A stretch of 64,000 nt of DNA from Alphaproteobacteria bacterium (GTDB taxonomy: Bacteria; Pseudomonadota; Alphaproteobacteria; MPNO01). The notes beneath the pieces were generated by a model. That model ran no database searches. It saw nothing but the letters and a program-made list of their open reading frames with translations, and was not told the DNA's origin. The stretch covers positions 925,306-989,305 of the forward strand of contig CBDBCA010000002.1 of the NCBI GenBank assembly GCA_965202835.1, given 5' to 3'. The position numbers were made by a program, and so were the translations under genes. Shown one piece after another: positions 47,988 through 57,047 of the stretch (position 1 is the stretch's first letter; each line of letters starts with the position of its first letter).

Positions 47988-48596
47988 TCAAGCAACATCA
48001 ATAACATCGGCAAGGGAGGCGGGGGCCCGAGGCAACGCGGTGCAGCGCTGTCCGCCGGGCAGGCGGGCAATGAGCTCGGACAGCGTCCTGCCGTCCCGGG
48101 GGTGCGTCCAGTCTCCGGCGATATCGCGGAGCGGCAAGAGAACGAAGGCGCGCTGCTCCAGCCTGGGATGCGGCAGGACGGGACCGTCGCCGGACGGGCC
48201 GGGCTCGCGGCACAACGCGCCGTAGGCGATCAGGTCGAGATCGATCGTCCGTGCCTCGTTCCTCGTCTGCCGGGTTCGCCCGAGCCGGCATTCTACGGCG
48301 TGAAGCCTCGCCAGCAGCTCGTCCGGCGGGAGCGGCGTGTCGATCCGTACCACCCCGTTGACGAAATCGGGCTGTTGGGAGGCCGGAATCGGGGCCGAAC
48401 GGTACCACCGCGATCGGGCGAGAATTTTCACCGACTCGCCGGAAAGCAGCTCCAGCGCACGTTCGCAACTCTCGAGCGGCGACCCTCCGTCCGCCAGCGG
48501 TAGATTGGACCCGACCGCTACGAAGATGCCGCCGTCGGGCCGGTGTAACGAATTTGTGAACTTTCCTGTCGGGTGGTTGCTCCTATCATTATGCAT
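47988..48596 (-). CDS. folK: 2-amino-4-hydroxy-6-hydroxymethyldihydropteridine pyrophosphokinase (HPPK)
   Basis: VAVGSNL...RSRWYRSAPI...IDLDLI motifs. The 5' end runs into an A/T-rich region, so the start is uncertain among ATGs at 48596, 48608 and 48629. Confidence 0.7.
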   Translation of the reverse strand: MHNDRSNHPTGKFTNSLHRPDGGIFVAVGSNLPLADGGSPLESCERALELLSGESVKILARSRWYRSAPIPASQQPDFVNGVVRIDTPLPPDELLARLHAVECRLGRTRQTRNEARTIDLDLIAYGALCREPGPSGDGPVLPHPRLEQRAFVLLPLRDIAGDWTHPRDGRTLSELIARLPGGQRCTALPRAPASLADVIDVA

Positions 48597-48747
48597 GATG
48601 CTTGCCATATTTAGGTTAGCGGGCCGCATAGAGACACGTTCAAAGAGAAATTCGGAACAGATTTACGAGCTTCGGTAAAGAGGCTAGACTGCAAATGAAT
48701 TGAGCACCGCGGCTGCGGGACCGTATAGGAAAGGCTTCGGAAGACCC

Positions 48748-49341
48748 ATGAATTTTTATCCGCAGGAGCGCATAGCCATTTTCATCGACGGGTCGAACCT
48801 GTATTCGGCGGCGCGCGCGCTCGGCTTCGACATAGATTACAAGAGCCTGCTGGACCTCTTCTCCGCCCAGGGGCGGCTGGTTCGCGCGTTCTACTACACC
48901 GCCCTGGTGGAAGATCAGGAATATTCGCCGATCCGCCCGCTGGTCGACTGGCTCGACTACAACGGCTACACGCTCGTCACCAAGCCCACCAAGGAATTCA
49001 CCGACGCCATGGGGCGGCGGAAGATCAAGGGCAACATGGACATCGAGCTTGCCATCGACGTGATGGAGATGGCCAAGAAGGTGGACCACATCGTGCTGTT
49101 CTCGGGCGACGGCGACTTCCGCCGGCTGATCGAGGCGGTGCAGCGCGAGGCGGTTCGGGTCAGCGTGGTGTCCACGCTGCGGTCCTCTCCGCCGATGGTG
49201 GCGGACGAGCTGCGCCGTCAGGCCGATACCTTCATCGAGTTGCAGGATCTCGCGCCGCAGATCGCGCGCGCGCCGCGCCAGACGGAGGGGCGCATTCCGA
49301 CCCCGGCGCGGCCCGATTTCGACACCGTCGATATCGACTGA
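48748..49341 (+). CDS. NYN-domain (LabA/DUF88-like) protein
   Basis: IAIFIDGSNLY ... VLFSGDGDF motifs of NYN/LabA nucleases. ATG chosen at 48748. Confidence 0.65.
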   Translation: MNFYPQERIAIFIDGSNLYSAARALGFDIDYKSLLDLFSAQGRLVRAFYYTALVEDQEYSPIRPLVDWLDYNGYTLVTKPTKEFTDAMGRRKIKGNMDIELAIDVMEMAKKVDHIVLFSGDGDFRRLIEAVQREAVRVSVVSTLRSSPPMVADELRRQADTFIELQDLAPQIARAPRQTEGRIPTPARPDFDTVDID

Positions 49342-49365
49342 CCCGTCCCCTCCGGCGGAGAGAAA

Positions 49366-50007
49366 ATGACGTCCCGGCAGCCGCCGCGGGATTGCGGTCT
49401 CTGCCCCCGTCTGGTCGGGTTCCGCGAGCGACAGCGGGCCGCCGAGCCGGGCTGGCACAACGCGCCGGTTCCTTCGTTCGGCCCGATCGAGGCCCGTCTT
49501 CTGGTCGTCGGCCTCGCGCCTGGACTGCGCGGCGCGAACAGGACGGGACGGCCCTTCACCGGCGACCATGCGGGGGACCTGCTCTACGCCACGCTGCTCG
49601 ATTTCGGATTCGCCGCCGGCCGGTACGACAGACGCCCGGACGACAACCTCGCGCTGGTCGACTGCCGGGTAACCAATGCCGTGCGATGCGTGCCGCCGCG
49701 GAACCGGCCGGTCGGCGCGGAGATAAATGCCTGCCGGCCGTTCCTCGACGGGGAAATCTCGGCCATGCCGAGGCTCGCGGTCGTGCTGGCGCTGGGCACC
49801 GTCGCCCATGCCACGATCCTGCGGACGCTCCACCGCCGGGTCGCCGGCTTCAAGTTCGTTCACGGAGCGATGCACGCGCTGGAAGGCGGACCGATCCTCG
49901 CCGACAGCTATCACTGCTCGCGCTACAACCTCAACACCGGCCGGCTGACCGAGGCCATGTTCCGCTCCGTGTTCGAGGGCATCAGGGCGACGATCGAACG
50001 GAGCTAA
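49366..50007 (+). CDS. Uracil-DNA glycosylase superfamily protein (family 5/UdgB-like, Fe-S)
   Basis: CGLCPRL motif, GLAPG and HPS-like C-terminal region. A second UDG-superfamily gene in the window. Confidence 0.65.
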   Translation: MTSRQPPRDCGLCPRLVGFRERQRAAEPGWHNAPVPSFGPIEARLLVVGLAPGLRGANRTGRPFTGDHAGDLLYATLLDFGFAAGRYDRRPDDNLALVDCRVTNAVRCVPPRNRPVGAEINACRPFLDGEISAMPRLAVVLALGTVAHATILRTLHRRVAGFKFVHGAMHALEGGPILADSYHCSRYNLNTGRLTEAMFRSVFEGIRATIERS

Positions 50008-50513
50008 CCCTGCATATGTCTGTATGCGAGCAACGCCGTGAGGAAGGTGTCGGCCTGAAGGGTTCCCCGGACTTCGCGCCAGTCGCGAAACGCGCGTTCC
50101 GCACTTTCGATGAGGTCGAGGGTCTCGCCTCGGGTGAACCGATCGGCGGGGTCGTAATCGGCCTGGAGGCGGGCGTCCTGTAGTTCGACAAAGGTTTGGG
50201 CGACATCGGTCAGTTTCGGCTGGATGGGTCGACCGTCGAGGCCGGGGGAAAGCTTGGAAGATACGCGATCCTGAGCGAATTGATTCGCAGCCCGTTTCAT
50301 CGCCGAGTGGTTGAACGCGCGTGCCAGACAATCGCGGAGCGCGCCTCGGAGGCGACCGGAAAGCATGAGCTTCGTCGCCTCGTCGACAAGCAGGTGAAAC
50401 AGGGCGTAATAGGTGGCGGACACGGCTCGGCGAAGGCTGGCCTGCGAGGGTCTCCTCGGCTCCTTCACGGCGAGGAAGCGAGCCTGTTTCAAGAGATCCG
50501 CGTGCAGGGTCAC
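50004..50513 (-). CDS. Hypothetical alpha-helical protein (possible HEPN-like fold), 169 aa
   Basis: No confident family match by eye. Conserved-looking segment LRRAVSATYYALFHLLVDEA. Its GTG start overlaps the upstream gene's stop as GTGA. Confidence 0.5.
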   Translation of the reverse strand: MTLHADLLKQARFLAVKEPRRPSQASLRRAVSATYYALFHLLVDEATKLMLSGRLRGALRDCLARAFNHSAMKRAANQFAQDRVSSKLSPGLDGRPIQPKLTDVAQTFVELQDARLQADYDPADRFTRGETLDLIESAERAFRDWREVRGTLQADTFLTALLAYRHMQG

Positions 50514-50782
50514 CTCGCCTTCTCCATTTCGGATGCGGTGGGGAAGCGGACATAGACCAGAACCTGGGTGCCGGCTTCCCTGCGGACGCGTTCACGGATC
50601 ATCCGACGGAGCAGGTGGCGGGTGTCGGCGTCGACGTCGTCATCGCGCAGAACGGCCCGAACCCAGACAGCGGGATCGTCGGTGGAATCGGGACCGGTCC
50701 TGACCTGCCACTCGGATACGGGCGTGGGGAGTCGGGGAAGACCCAGCAGCGCCTGTTCGATCGACTTTGCGGAGACTTCCAT
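50510..50782 (-). CDS. Hypothetical small protein, about 90 aa, translationally coupled to the 169-aa gene
   Basis: ATG at 50782 has a GAGG Shine-Dalgarno 8 nt upstream; GTG at 50791 is an alternative. No recognisable motif. Confidence 0.45.
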   Translation of the reverse strand: MEVSAKSIEQALLGLPRLPTPVSEWQVRTGPDSTDDPAVWVRAVLRDDDVDADTRHLLRRMIRERVRREAGTQVLVYVRFPTASEMEKAR

Positions 50783-50933
50783 TTGCATCACCTCGGCGAG
50801 GTTGTCGCTCCCATCCGCGATGCCGGCAGGGACACCGCGCGGTAGCCCTGATCGGGAGTATGGTCGCGGGAAATCGAGTATTCAACCGGTAGTAGTGCAG
50901 ACGATCGTGGGCCGCCGCGCCGGCCGTCGCCGC

Positions 50934-51611
50934 TCACTCGTAGCGCTGTTCGGACCAGGGATCGCCCTCGTTGTGATAGCCGCGGACTTCCCAGAAGCCG
51001 GGCGCGTCGTCGCGGCGGAATTCGATCCGCTTTATCCACTTGGCGCTCTTCCAGAAATACCACTTGGGTATCACCGCCCGGACCGGACCGCCATGGGCGG
51101 CCTCCAGCGGTTCGCCGTTCCAAGCATGAGCGAGAAGCACGTCCTCGTCGGCGAAACGGTCGATCCGCAGGTTGGCGGTGTAGCCGTCATGGCTGTGGAA
51201 GACGCAATGGCGGGCCTCGTCCTTCGGGCGCACCGCGTCGCGTAGATGGGCGACGTGGACCCCGATCCAGACGTTGTCGAAACGCGACCAGCCGGTAACG
51301 CAGTGGATGTCGGTGGTCAGCGTGACCTGGGGCTGGGCAAGAAAGGTCCGCCAATCCCAACGCACCGGCGCGGCGACCAGCCCGTCCACAGTCAGGCGCC
51401 ACTCTTCGGGCTCGATCTCGGGCCGGACGCCGAGATCGAGCACCGGCCAGGTTTTCACCTCGCGCTGGCCGGGCGGAAGCCGCGCGGCGGTTTTCGATCC
51501 GGGAGCGCTTTCGCCGTCCGCGACGAGACGCCCGTCCCGCGCCCATTCCCGCTTGCGGCGAACCAGCTTCTCGCGGTACCCGGCCAGGCGCGTCGGATCG
51601 TCTTCCGCCAC
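50934..51611 (-). CDS. Sulfite-oxidase-like molybdopterin-binding oxidoreductase (small YedY/MsrP-related family)
   Basis: Moco-domain segments (TTDIHCVTGWS, GGPVRAVIPKWYFWKSAKWI). Start must be GTG at 51611, 1 nt after the smpB stop. The upstream part of the track ORF overlaps smpB. Confidence 0.65.
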   Translation of the reverse strand: MAEDDPTRLAGYREKLVRRKREWARDGRLVADGESAPGSKTAARLPPGQREVKTWPVLDLGVRPEIEPEEWRLTVDGLVAAPVRWDWRTFLAQPQVTLTTDIHCVTGWSRFDNVWIGVHVAHLRDAVRPKDEARHCVFHSHDGYTANLRIDRFADEDVLLAHAWNGEPLEAAHGGPVRAVIPKWYFWKSAKWIKRIEFRRDDAPGFWEVRGYHNEGDPWSEQRYE

Positions 51612-51612
51612 G

Positions 51613-52077
51613 TCATTCCTTTCCGCGCAGCAGCCGCGCCTGCTGGCGCTGCCAGTCGCGCTTCTTCTCGACCTGGCGCTTGTCGTACTGGCGTTTGCCG
51701 CGGGCAAGGCCGAGCTCGAGCTTGGCGATCCCGCGCTCGTTGAAATAGAGCCTGAGCGGCACCATGGTCGCGCCCTCGCGCTGCACCGCGCCGAGAAGCC
51801 GGTCGATCTGTCGACGTTGCAGCAGCAGCTTGCGCGGACGCCTTGCGTCGTGCCCCGCCGGACCCGCCTGCTCGTACTCGTCGATATGCGCGTTGACCAG
51901 AAAGATCTCGCGTTCGACCGGCCGCGCATAGGCTTCGGAAATGTTGGCGCGTCCGGCGCGCAGCGACTTCACTTCGCTGCCGGTCAGCTGGATCCCGGCT
52001 TCGAGAGACGATTCGATCGAATAGTTGCGTCGTGCCTTGCGGTTGTCCGCCGCGACCCGGATCGGGCTCCGCGCCAT
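51613..52077 (-). CDS. smpB: SsrA-binding protein
   Basis: NRKARRNY...[13 protein letters not shown]...VPLRLYFN signatures. ATG at 52077. Confidence 0.9.
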   Translation of the reverse strand: MARSPIRVAADNRKARRNYSIESSLEAGIQLTGSEVKSLRAGRANISEAYARPVEREIFLVNAHIDEYEQAGPAGHDARRPRKLLLQRRQIDRLLGAVQREGATMVPLRLYFNERGIAKLELGLARGKRQYDKRQVEKKRDWQRQQARLLRGKE

Positions 52078-52081
52078 GCCG

Positions 52082-52957
52082 TCAATTGAGGAGCCCGGCG
52101 GAGCGCATCGCGTCCTCGACCGTGCGCTTGGAGCTTTCGGCGATCTCGCAAAGCGGCAGCCTGGTGTCGGGCAGGCATTTGCCGAGCAGGCTAGCACCGT
52201 ACTTTGCCGGGCCCGGGCTGGTCTCGCAGAACAGGCCGGAATGGAGCGGCATCAGGCGCTCGTTGATGCGCTGCGCGGTGTCGACCTCGCGGTCCTGCCA
52301 GGCGCGGTGCATTTCGGACATGTCCTTCGGCGCCACGTTGGCGGTCACCGAAATGCAACCGTCGCCGCCCTGTGCGAGGAAGCCGAGCTGGGTCACGTCC
52401 TCGCCGGAGAGCTGGCAGAAGTCGGTTCCCGCGGCAAGGCGTTGCTGCGTCGCGCGCGAGACATCGGCGGTGGCGTCCTTCACCCCGATGATGTTCGGGA
52501 GCTCGGCGAGCTTCGCCATGGTGTCGACCTTCATGTCGACGATGGAGCGCCCGGGGATGTTGTAGATGATGATCGGAATGTCGACCTCGTCGTTGAGCGC
52601 CTTGTAGTGCCGGTAAAGCCCCTCTTGGGTCGGCTTGTTGTAATAGGGCGTGACCACCAGCGCCGCGTCGGCGCCGGCTTCCCTGGCATGGCGGGTGAGC
52701 TCGATCGCCTCTTCCGTCGAGTTGGAACCGGTACCCGCGATGACGGGCACGCGCCCCTTCGCGACGCCGATGCAGATTTCGGTGACCCGCCGGTGCTCCT
52801 CGTGGCTGAGCGTCGGCGATTCCCCGGTCGTCCCGCACGGGACGACGGCGTTGGTGCCCTCCCCGATCTGCCAGTCGACAAAGGCCTCATAGGCGTCTTC
52901 GTCGACCGCGCCTTCCCGGAACGGGGTGATCAACGCGCAGATGGAGCCGTTGAACAT
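52082..52957 (-). CDS. dapA: 4-hydroxy-tetrahydrodipicolinate synthase
   Basis: [16 protein letters not shown] and KDA(T) lysine motif. ATG at 52957. The 73 upstream track-ORF codons cover a REP cluster and were rejected. Confidence 0.9.
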   Translation of the reverse strand: MFNGSICALITPFREGAVDEDAYEAFVDWQIGEGTNAVVPCGTTGESPTLSHEEHRRVTEICIGVAKGRVPVIAGTGSNSTEEAIELTRHAREAGADAALVVTPYYNKPTQEGLYRHYKALNDEVDIPIIIYNIPGRSIVDMKVDTMAKLAELPNIIGVKDATADVSRATQQRLAAGTDFCQLSGEDVTQLGFLAQGGDGCISVTANVAPKDMSEMHRAWQDREVDTAQRINERLMPLHSGLFCETSPGPAKYGASLLGKCLPDTRLPLCEIAESSKRTVEDAMRSAGLLN

Positions 52958-53065
52958 GGCTATCTCCGGCCAGTTGTGTGCCGCCGCGCGAACCGGCGGA
53001 TCGCTGCCGGACAACCTACCCCCGACCCGGGGGCCGGGCAAGCAGCGCGGCCGGGCGCGCCGGCA

Positions 53066-53172
53066 GGGTTCGCCCCTCACCCCGGCCCTCTCCCCAGCGG
53101 GGAGAGGGGGGCTCGTCCGCCGACTCCTTACTTTCTGCCCTCCCGCTTGCGGGAGGGGCCGGGGGAGGGCGG
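53066..53172. repeat. REP-like hairpin cluster (CCCTCTCCCC-AGC-GGGGAGAGGG; CCCTCCCGC-TT-GCGGGAGGG), copy B, inverted relative to copy A
   Basis: Perfect 10-bp and 9-bp stems. Has the same constituents as 15594-15698 in the opposite orientation. Confidence 0.75.
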
Positions 53173-53179
53173 GCAAGCT

Positions 53180-53788
53180 CTAAGGGCCGCCTCGCGACGG
53201 ATCGGGTTCGCGCCCGCGTTCGAGCTCGGCGATGCGTTCTTCCAGGTCCCTGATCTTCCGTTCCAGGGGTTCCGTGTCCCCTTCTCCGGCGGGCGGCGCC
53301 GGCTGCTGCCCGGCAAACGCCGCCACGGATCGCTGGAACTCCTCGAGGTTGCGCCGCGACATGTCGGCCATGCGGTCGAAGGCGGTGCCGGGGTCGAACA
53401 TCTTTCCCACCTGTTCGGCAACGCTTTGCTGATGGTTCGCGAAAGCTTCCATGCTGCGTTCCAGGTAAGCGGCGAGCTGCGGCCCGACCCCTTCGCTGTA
53501 CGCCTTGAGCACCTGGCGCAGGTATTCATGGGGCAGCACGCTGTTCCCCCTGGTCTCCTCCTCGGCGATGATCTGGGCCAGGATGGACGCGGTGATGTCG
53601 CGCCCGGTCTTGTCGTCCCGCACCACGAAAAGCTCGCCGTCCCTCACCATCCGGTGAAGATCGTCGAGCCTGACGAAAGACGCGGTCGCCGTGTTGTAGA
53701 GGCGGCGGTTGGCGTATTTCTTGATGACGACCGGCTCGTCTTCCGGATTTCGGTCGGCCACGGCGGGTTCGCTCCCTTGTCGGGTCAT
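53180..53788 (-). CDS. phaR: Polyhydroxyalkanoate synthesis repressor PhaR
   Basis: N-terminal VIKKYANRRLYNT PhaR signature. Divergent from the phasin gene. ATG at 53788. Confidence 0.85.
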   Translation of the reverse strand: MTRQGSEPAVADRNPEDEPVVIKKYANRRLYNTATASFVRLDDLHRMVRDGELFVVRDDKTGRDITASILAQIIAEEETRGNSVLPHEYLRQVLKAYSEGVGPQLAAYLERSMEAFANHQQSVAEQVGKMFDPGTAFDRMADMSRRNLEEFQRSVAAFAGQQPAPPAGEGDTEPLERKIRDLEERIAELERGREPDPSRGGP

Positions 53789-53854
53789 TGTGGCACAGCG
53801 CGCGGCCTTGCCGTGCCGCAAAATGCCGGCGCTTCCGTAACGCAAAATATCTTG

Positions 53855-53884
53855 TTGAAATCCTTCGAAATAGCGGTATATTAT
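53855..53884 (+). promoter_or_regulatory. Sigma-70-like promoter for the phasin gene (TTGAAA-18 nt-TATTAT) embedded among repeated CGCAAAAT and TGTGGCAC motifs
   Basis: Near-consensus hexamers lie 50 nt upstream of the phasin ATG. The CGCAAAAT repeat occurs three times (53825, 53841 and 53893). Confidence 0.4.
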
Positions 53885-53932
53885 ATTTTGCATCGCAAAA
53901 TAATGTGGCACCCGAGACCAAGGAGATCGTTC

Positions 53933-54352
53933 ATGACGACCGAGAAGCCCGCCGGCAAGGCCGCCCGGAAAGCCGCCGCCGACACCGCCGAACAGGTCCA
54001 CGCGCAGGTCGAGATGGCCAAGACCGTGGGCACCGCCAACCTGGACGCGCTGGCCGAGGCCTCCGCGCATGCCATCGAGGGCGCCCAGGCGTGCATCGCC
54101 GAGATGGCGGACTATGCCCGCAATTCGGTCGCCCGCAACTTCGACCTGATGGAACGGCTGTCGGCGGTCAAGACGCCGCAGGAATTCATGGCGATTCAGA
54201 TCGAGGAGGGCAAGGAAACGGTCAACCGCGCCGTCGCCCAGACGACCAGGATCAACCGCATCGTCAGCGACTCGATGATCAAGGCCTCCGCCCCGTTCAG
54301 CGCGCGCGCGAACGAGACCGTGGAGACCTTCCTGAAGCCCAACGCCGCGTAA
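53933..54352 (+). CDS. phaP: Phasin (PHA granule-associated protein)
   Basis: Ala-rich helical 139-aa protein with phasin-like repeats (AEQVHAQVEMAKTV...). AAGGAG Shine-Dalgarno. Located between phaR and phaC. Confidence 0.8.
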   Translation: MTTEKPAGKAARKAAADTAEQVHAQVEMAKTVGTANLDALAEASAHAIEGAQACIAEMADYARNSVARNFDLMERLSAVKTPQEFMAIQIEEGKETVNRAVAQTTRINRIVSDSMIKASAPFSARANETVETFLKPNAA

Positions 54353-54369
54353 GCGACAATCCTCCAGAA

Positions 54370-54403
54370 GTGGGCATGGCGATCCCGCCATGCCCACTTT
54401 TTT
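54370..54403 (+). terminator. Rho-independent terminator of the phasin gene
   Basis: GTGGGCATGGCG-ATCC-CGCCATGCCCAC stem-loop followed by TTTTTT. Confidence 0.7.
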
Positions 54404-54468
54404 CCGGCGCGGCGGCGGCATAGACTCGCTTCCCGCGCAGGGATCGACCGCGGAACGGCGCCGACGGG

Positions 54469-56250
54469 ATGACGGGCAAGGACAAGGAACCGGACACGGA
54501 GACCGACCCCGTCGCCGCGCTCGGCGAGGCTCTCGGAGCCGCCGCCCAGCAGTGGCGGGAGGGCTGGTCGGACTGGGTGGCGGCGCTTGCCCCGCCGGGC
54601 GGCAAGGACACGCCGGGCACGGCCCCCGCCGCGCCCGAAATCAACGTCGACCCCGGCACGATGCTCGAAGCCCAGATGGAGCTCTGGCACGACTTCCAGT
54701 CGCTGTGGGCCGCCACCACCGCCCGGATGATGGGCCGGGACGCCGCGGCGGTGATCGAACCCGAAGCCGGCGACAACCGGTTCCGGGACGCGGAATGGTC
54801 GGACAACCCGATCTTCGATTTCCTCAAGCAGTCCTACCTGCTCAACGCGCGCTGGCTGCGGCGCAGCCTCGCGGGGGTCGAGGGACTCGACCGGGGCGGC
54901 GCCGACAAGCTCGACTTCATCGGGCGCCAGATCGTGGACGCGTTCTCGCCAGCGAATTTCGCGCTGACCAACCCGGTGGTGCTGCGCGAAATGCAGGAGA
55001 CCGGGGGCGAGAGCCTGATGCGCGGGCTGCGCCGGCTCGCCGAAGACATCGAGGACTCGGAGCACGGGCTGCGCCCCAAACAGACCGACATGGACGCCTT
55101 CGAGGTCGGCGGCAATATCGCCACCAGCCCCGGAGCGGTGGTCCGCCAGACCCAGGTCATGCAGCTCATCCAGTACGAGCCGAGCACGGAGACGGTCTAC
55201 CGGAAGCCGCTCCTGATCGTGCCGCCCTGGATCAACAAGTTCTATATCCTCGATCTGCGGCCGGATAATTCGTTCATCCGCTGGGCGGTCGAGCGCGGCT
55301 ACACCGTGTTCGTGATCTCCTGGGTCAACCCGGACGAGAGCCACGCCGCCCTCTCTTTCGACGATTATCTGCGGGACGGCGTTCTTTCCGCGCTCGACGC
55401 GATCGAACGCGCCACCGGCGAGAGCCGGACGACCGCGATCGGCTACTGTATCGGCGGCACGCTGCTCGCCGCGGCGCTCGCCTACATGGACGCCGTGGGC
55501 GACAAGCGGATCGGGGCCGCGACCTTCTTCGCCGCTCAGGCCGATTTCGAGGATGCGGGGGAGCTCCGCATCTTCACCGACGAAGCGCATATGGATGCGC
55601 TGGAAACGCAGGTCCGGGAGAAGGGCTATCTCGACGCGGCGAACATGGCGGGGACCTTCAACGCGCTCCGCGCCAACGACCTGATCTGGTACTTCGTGAT
55701 CAACAACTACCTGCTGGGCAAGGACCCGCCGGCGTTCGACCTGCTTTACTGGAATGCCGACTCCACCCACTTTCCGGCGGCGCTCTTCATCGACTATCTG
55801 CGCAACATGTACCAGCGGAACAACCTTGCTCGTCCGGGCGCGTTCGAACTGCTGGGCGAGAAGATCGACCTCGGCCGGATCGGGATCCCGACCTATATCC
55901 AGGCCTCCAAGGAGGACCACATCGCGCCGGCGGGTTCGGTATTCAAGCTGACCCGGCTGTTCGGCGGGAAAAAGCGCTTCGTCCTCGCCGGGTCGGGCCA
56001 TATCGCGGGCGTGATAAACCCGCCGGAGAAGAAGAAGTACCAGCACTGGCTGGTGGAGAACGGCGCGGCATACGAAGACTTCGAGTCATGGTTCGCCGAC
56101 GCGGAGGAGCACCCGGGCTCTTGGTGGCCGGACTGGCACCGCTGGCTGTCGAGACGGTCGGGCAAGAAAGTCCCCGCCCGCAGGCCGGGCGACGGCGAAC
56201 TCCCGGTCATCGAGCCCGCGCCGGGATCCTATGTTAAAAGGCGCGGTTGA
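54469..56250 (+). CDS. phaC: Class I poly(R)-hydroxyalkanoate synthase
   Basis: Lipase box GYCIGG, PhaC N-terminal and alpha/beta-hydrolase regions. 593 aa. Confidence 0.9.
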   Translation: MTGKDKEPDTETDPVAALGEALGAAAQQWREGWSDWVAALAPPGGKDTPGTAPAAPEINVDPGTMLEAQMELWHDFQSLWAATTARMMGRDAAAVIEPEAGDNRFRDAEWSDNPIFDFLKQSYLLNARWLRRSLAGVEGLDRGGADKLDFIGRQIVDAFSPANFALTNPVVLREMQETGGESLMRGLRRLAEDIEDSEHGLRPKQTDMDAFEVGGNIATSPGAVVRQTQVMQLIQYEPSTETVYRKPLLIVPPWINKFYILDLRPDNSFIRWAVERGYTVFVISWVNPDESHAALSFDDYLRDGVLSALDAIERATGESRTTAIGYCIGGTLLAAALAYMDAVGDKRIGAATFFAAQADFEDAGELRIFTDEAHMDALETQVREKGYLDAANMAGTFNALRANDLIWYFVINNYLLGKDPPAFDLLYWNADSTHFPAALFIDYLRNMYQRNNLARPGAFELLGEKIDLGRIGIPTYIQASKEDHIAPAGSVFKLTRLFGGKKRFVLAGSGHIAGVINPPEKKKYQHWLVENGAAYEDFESWFADAEEHPGSWWPDWHRWLSRRSGKKVPARRPGDGELPVIEPAPGSYVKRRG

Positions 56251-56272
56251 AGAGGCGGCAGGGAAACGAACG

Positions 56273-56512
56273 ATGAAGCTCTCCATCGATATCGACTGTA
56301 CCCCCCAGGAAGCGCGCGCCTTTCTCGGCCTGCCCGACGTCGAGGCGTTCCAGAAGGAGATGATGGCGGAGGTCCAGGAGCAGTTGCGCAGCCATGTCGC
56401 GGCGATGGACCCGGAGGCGCTGATGAAGACCTGGATGCCGATGGGCACCAAGGCCTTCGAGACCTTCAGGGACGCCTTCATGCAGGGGTTTCAGAAGCGC
56501 CCGTCGGAATAG
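56273..56512 (+). CDS. Small conserved hypothetical protein (79 aa) downstream of phaC
   Basis: ATG at 56273 with an AGGGA Shine-Dalgarno. No recognised motif. Confidence 0.45.
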   Translation: MKLSIDIDCTPQEARAFLGLPDVEAFQKEMMAEVQEQLRSHVAAMDPEALMKTWMPMGTKAFETFRDAFMQGFQKRPSE

Positions 56513-56561
56513 CCGACTGCCCCGGAGCGGCACGGAAGCGCCACCAGCAAGAGGAACGAGG

Positions 56562-57047
56562 ATGGATTCGCAACCCCCGCCGACGAGCGTCGATCCGCTG
56601 CACGGCTACTATATCGAGGACCTCGAGATCGGCATGACCGCCGTCTACGGACGGACGATCGCCGAGGGCGATGTCAGCCTGTTCGCCGGGCTTTGCGGAG
56701 ACGACAACCCGCTGCACGTCCACGAGGAGTTCGCGTCCAGAAGCCGTTTCGAAGGCCGCATCGTGCACGGCGCGCATACCGCGAGCCTGATCTCGGCCGT
56801 GCTGGGTACCCGAATGCCGGGCCCGGGGGCGATCTATCTCAGCCAGAATACGCGCTTCAAGGCGCCCGTCCGGATCGGTGACACGGTGAACGTCCACGCG
56901 ACCGTCACCGAGATCGATCGCGGCAGGAACCGGGCCACCATCTCTACCGTGTGCAGCGTCGGCGAGACGATCGTGATCGACGGCGAGGCCACGGTATGGG
57001 TGCCCTCGCGCGAACATGGCGAATCCGGCAACGGGTCCGATCGATGA
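56562..57047 (+). CDS. phaJ: MaoC-like (R)-specific enoyl-CoA hydratase
   Basis: Hotdog-fold motif GDDNPLHVHEEFA and the PHA-gene context. Confidence 0.75.
   Translation: MDSQPPPTSVDPLHGYYIEDLEIGMTAVYGRTIAEGDVSLFAGLCGDDNPLHVHEEFASRSRFEGRIVHGAHTASLISAVLGTRMPGPGAIYLSQNTRFKAPVRIGDTVNVHATVTEIDRGRNRATISTVCSVGETIVIDGEATVWVPSREHGESGNGSDR

Noticed and set aside
48596-48629. The longer folK start at 48629 (MRPANLNMASIM...)
   Set aside because: The extra codons lie in the A/T-rich promoter-like island and are not typical of an HPPK N-terminus. The choice remains uncertain and is flagged in the feature.
48640-50595. The 651-aa ORF antisense to the NYN, UDG and hypothetical genes
   Set aside because: It crosses three separate genes and an A/T-rich intergenic region, and its composition is artefactual.
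52025-53932. The N-terminal 636 codons of the track ORF 52025..54352 and the upstream extensions of dapA and phaR
   Set aside because: They read through REP hairpin clusters and antisense regions. The real genes begin at internal ATGs with proper N-termini: phasin at 53933, dapA at 52957 and phaR at 53788.
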